A DNA stretch of 64,000 nt from assembly GCF_964355755.1 (NCBI RefSeq), contig NC_092680.1, forward strand, positions 9,548,001 to 9,612,000, in the 5' to 3' direction. Under the pieces are notes generated by a model that worked only from the letters and a program-made list of their open reading frames with translations, was not told the DNA's origin and searched no databases. Below, in pieces: positions 60,192 to 64,000 of the stretch. This DNA is from Antedon mediterranea (lineage: Eukaryota; Animalia; Echinodermata). The translations under genes were made by a program, and so were the position numbers. Each line of letters opens with the position of its first letter. Position 1 is the first letter of the stretch.

Positions 60192-63100
60192 TGTTCTGGA
60201 GAAAATAAGACTGATAGAGGGCGCCAGATATGTGGTTGCCAGGAGGAATAGGTGATTTGTACTGATGTAATGTTTGAACACGTTCGAAGTTTATACGAAA
60301 TAAAGTGACAGTATCTGTGAAGTTCTTCCGTATTGAATTTAATTATATGATGGTATTTTGGTAGCAGAGCGAGGTTTGTAAAAAGAAAATATGGCCATGC
60401 CAATTAATACTTTGAGCAGGCAATTAGGCCAAAGATATCGATACATAAAAGACCTCGTAGAAGAGGCCCGGAGAGTACTCAACATAGACCTACCGCTAAG
60501 CCTAGGCCTAGGCCCAGCAGCGATAAAGAAAAGCACTTATGTTGAGATTGAAAAAATTACAAAGTTACAAAAACGCTGTTGGTGAAGAAGTTTGAAACAT
60601 ACACAGAAGTGAATAATAAATTACTAACTGAAGATCAAGAAAACGAAGAACAGTTACGTGAGTACGAAGAACAATATGATAGTATCGATAATATGATTGA
60701 TGAAACGGTCACAGCACTTGCGGCACGTGAGAAAACATTGCTTACTCTGACAACCGAGTCTAGGCCCTATACTAATACCTCCTAAAGAGTTTTAGGAGGT
60801 AACACACATGAGTCTGTAATCAAAGCTGAACAATATAAACTTGAAAACGAGATAGAAAAGCTAACATTAGAATTAGATGATGAGTTATCCCAACTGAATT
60901 ATATTACAGTACAGAAAAAACAACAAAAGGCCAACTCCAATACTATTAAGCCAACAGTATCACAAGCGTTAAATGATCATCTATCTCAAAACTGGACCAC
61001 ACCTATAACTCATCATCCGTCTACTACTACACAAAATATAAACCAAATACCACAATACATGCCAGTGCCGCCAATACATATAAGTACAACTACTAAGCAA
61101 AGGGCAAGTGGACTCGAAACAGACACGCATTTCTAATGTAACAATGGATCACACATGTTCCTGTTCAACTCTCAGGTGATGCATCACGACTGCTCACACG
61201 TGTAAAGGTACCACAGTTTGAAGGAGATAAAAGAAATTATGAATCTTGGAAATCCGCGTTTATGGCATGTGTTGACAATACAAACTCCACAGCAGAGTAT
61301 AAATTATTAAGACTAATAGGAGAAGCACTAAAGGTAATAGAAAGTTTAGGACATTCAGCCAGTGCATATACAGTCGCAAAAGAAAGATTGGAACGAAAAT
61401 ATGGTGGAAAAGAAAGACAAATTAGGCTGAGGTTAGAAGAACTTGATAATTTTAAACAAATACGTGAAGGTAATGGTAATGACCTAGAAGGGTTTGCAGA
61501 ACTTCTTGACGTCTTAGCAGTGAATCTGGAGGAGACAGCTGGACAGCTGGAAAGCTGTGCGCTGTATATCACATTACAAAAAAAGCTGACAAAACCATTA
61601 CTATCCAAGTTTCACCGTTGGGCGTTTGACAATGGATACACTCAAAACACAAACTCCATGAGAAAATTCATTAATCAAGAAGCAATGTTCTTAACTACTG
61701 CATGTGAGGCAGTTGATGGAATCGGAAAAGAAAACAAGAATATCAGAACATTTGTAACAGATACAGAAACCAGCAAAACCCAAAAGACTTGGCGAGACTG
61801 TGTAGTCTGTGGTGAAGGACATGCACTATATGCTTGTTACAAGTTTAAAAAATTGAACGTCGATCAACGATGGAGCAAGTGAAAGAAGCAAAGGCATTCT
61901 TCTGTTGTTTAGGGGGAGGACATTTTAGAGACGAGTGTAAACGAAGTAGAACATGTGGATTGAGAGGCTGTCGCCGAAAGCATCACCGTCTACTTCATGA
62001 TCCAGATTACAACAAAACCAAAACCGGACCTAATAACAACATAGATGCCAATAATGAACCTTTAGTCACTCAAACTCATAATAATAATAACACCGCAGTC
62101 AGTCAACATGGTCCATGTCCGGAAAATATGCAACCGAGTGCTAGCCCTGAAAATACGCTCCATAGTTTTGATCATGTAGATGAAAACCCAGCAACCATGA
62201 AAACGGGACATAGTAGTGAATCTGTAGCTCTTCGAACGATACCGGTATTTGTATGTAAAGGTCAGAAGAGAATTAAAATAAACGCTCTCCTTGATGAGGC
62301 AAACAGCAAGAGCTATTTAAATGCGGACATTGCAGCAGAATTAGGACTCGAAGGTCGCACGGAACGGGTGAGAGTTAATGTTTTAAATAGAGTACAAGAA
62401 ACACTGGAAAGTTCTTTAGTTGAGTTGGGAATCGGCAGTCTTGATGGTAAAATAATGAAACAGATATCAGCATATACAACAGAGAAAGTTACTGGAAATA
62501 TGCATGCAGTTGGACCATCAAAAAACAGCAATGGAGCAATCTGAAAAAATATTCCGTTCCCAAGAAGAGCAGAAAAAAAAAGTTCACGTTGACTTACTAA
62601 TAGGAGCTGACCAGGCCGAACTTATGTACTCAATACAAGACGTAAAAGGAAATCCAGGAGAACCGATAGCTAGGTTAAACCCACTTGGATGGACATGTAT
62701 CGGCAATCTGGGTAGTACACCAACAGAAATTCAAACAAACTTTACATTCGTCAGCAAGCCAAGTGACGAAATAACGAAGTTAATACATCAATACTGGGAT
62801 ATACCAAACATACCAGAAAATAGTCACACTATCAATCAAGACGAAAAAACAACCATGGAGAGGACTGAAAAATCACTGTCTTACCAAGATGGCAGATATA
62901 GCATAGTTATCCCATGGAAGAGTGAAATCAAAACTCAGCAAATTCCAGACACCTATCCCGTAGCAGAACAACGTCTTCGGAACACAGAAAAAAGGTTACT
63001 AAGATCACCCCTGCTGGCCAAATCATATGATGAAATAATTCAAAAACATCAGGAAAAGGGGTATATCCGTAAAGTGCCGCCAGAAGAAGAGAAAAAACCC

Positions 63101-63292
63101 AACAACGTATGGTATCTGCCTCACTTTCCCATTATACGTTCAGAGAAACAGACTACAAAGATCAGAATCGTATTCGACGCTGCAGCTCAAACTCCAGGTA
63201 AATGTTTGAATGACTACATCTTTACCGGCCCAAAACTCCAGAATGATTTGATAAATGTACTACTAAGATTCCGCCGGAATCCAGTAGCTATT
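60192..63292 (+). mobile_element. BEL/Pao LTR retrotransposon 5' part: probable short LTR, PBS (60359-60376), gag, protease and RT start; frameshifted
   Basis: PBS TGGTAGCAGAGCGAGGTT. VPQFEGD..W..F, RLERKYG, three Cys/His knuckles, INALLDEANSKSY, VDLLIGAD, WYLPHFPI..TTKIRIVFDAAA, GPKLQNDL..LLRFR. Confidence 0.9.
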
Positions 63293-64000
63293 ATTCAATT
63301 CAATTCATCGACATTTTTATTCCATAATCAAAATAAAAACATATACAAATACAATACAAATAATAAGATAATGGAATGGGATACAAAATAAGCACAAGTG
63401 CTTTAAGCATGTAACCCTAACAAAAAGATCAAACAATTAGAACAAACAAAAAGAACAAACCAAAATAACATAATGTGATTTACTTAACTTAAATATTTCT
63501 ATTGTTATAATATTGCTTTAATCTCTGTTTAAACAAACTTAAAGTGGGGGATTGTTTTATATAGTCTGTTAAATTGTTCCAAATATGTGTTCCTTGGTAG
63601 GAAATACATTGCTGTCCGACTTTGGTGCGTTTTAGTTGTGGACAGTAGTTTGACCTGTTTCTAGTTGAGTAATTATGGAATGAGGCAGATGTACTAAATA
63701 AGTTATTAAATGATTCAGGTAATAGATTATGTTTATATTGATACATAAATATAGCAGTGTGTTTCGTATAAAGGTCAAAAATATTTAATGTTTGGGTTGA
63801 AATAAAAAGTGGATGAGAAGGATGCATAAAATGAACATGACAAATATTTCTAAGTGCTTTTTTCTGGAGAATATGTATACGGTTTAAGTTTGTAGCAGAA
63901 GTAGCACCCCATACTGTGATAGCATACGTTATTCTAGGTAATATAAGTGCATTGTATACCGTTAACAAGATTTTACTTGATAACATAGACTTCACTTTGT
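63293..64000 (-). mobile_element. CR1-group LINE 3' end with (GAATT)n tail, inserted in the BEL RT; continues beyond window
   Basis: ORF 63489-63995: YNALILPRITY..VWG, LQKKALR, HPSHPLF, HNYSTR, GTHIWNNL. Confidence 0.9.

Overview
AT-rich eukaryotic (animal) genomic DNA, probably a marine invertebrate and possibly an echinoderm. The taxon is inferred from a Deu/Nin-domain SINE, hAT5/Kolobok/RTEX/BEL content and the tRNAi-Met primer site. Most of the window is a deeply nested pile of transposable elements: CR1, L2, Tx1/L1, RTE, RTEX-like and Penelope retroelements; BEL/Pao and Gypsy LTR elements; and hAT, Kolobok, MULE and Harbinger-type DNA elements and MITEs. Many insertion junctions can be resolved through exact target-site duplications (TSDs). 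Four things stand out. (1) A 10.6-kb non-coding foldback element (17612-28221) with CAC...GTG ends and a 7-bp TSD, which is palindromic over essentially its whole length once two later insertions are removed. (2) One host-gene exon (54647-54872) encoding the N-terminus of a type I polyketide synthase ketosynthase domain, with a TATA box upstream and the next exon not seen in the window. (3) 26-38-bp micro-MITEs with 7-8-bp TSDs, one backed by a paralogous empty site. (4) A very young non-autonomous Gypsy derivative with apparently identical 1.1-kb LTRs and only 296 bp of internal sequence. No rRNA, true tRNA gene or CRISPR array is present. All calls come from reading by eye; no database search was run.
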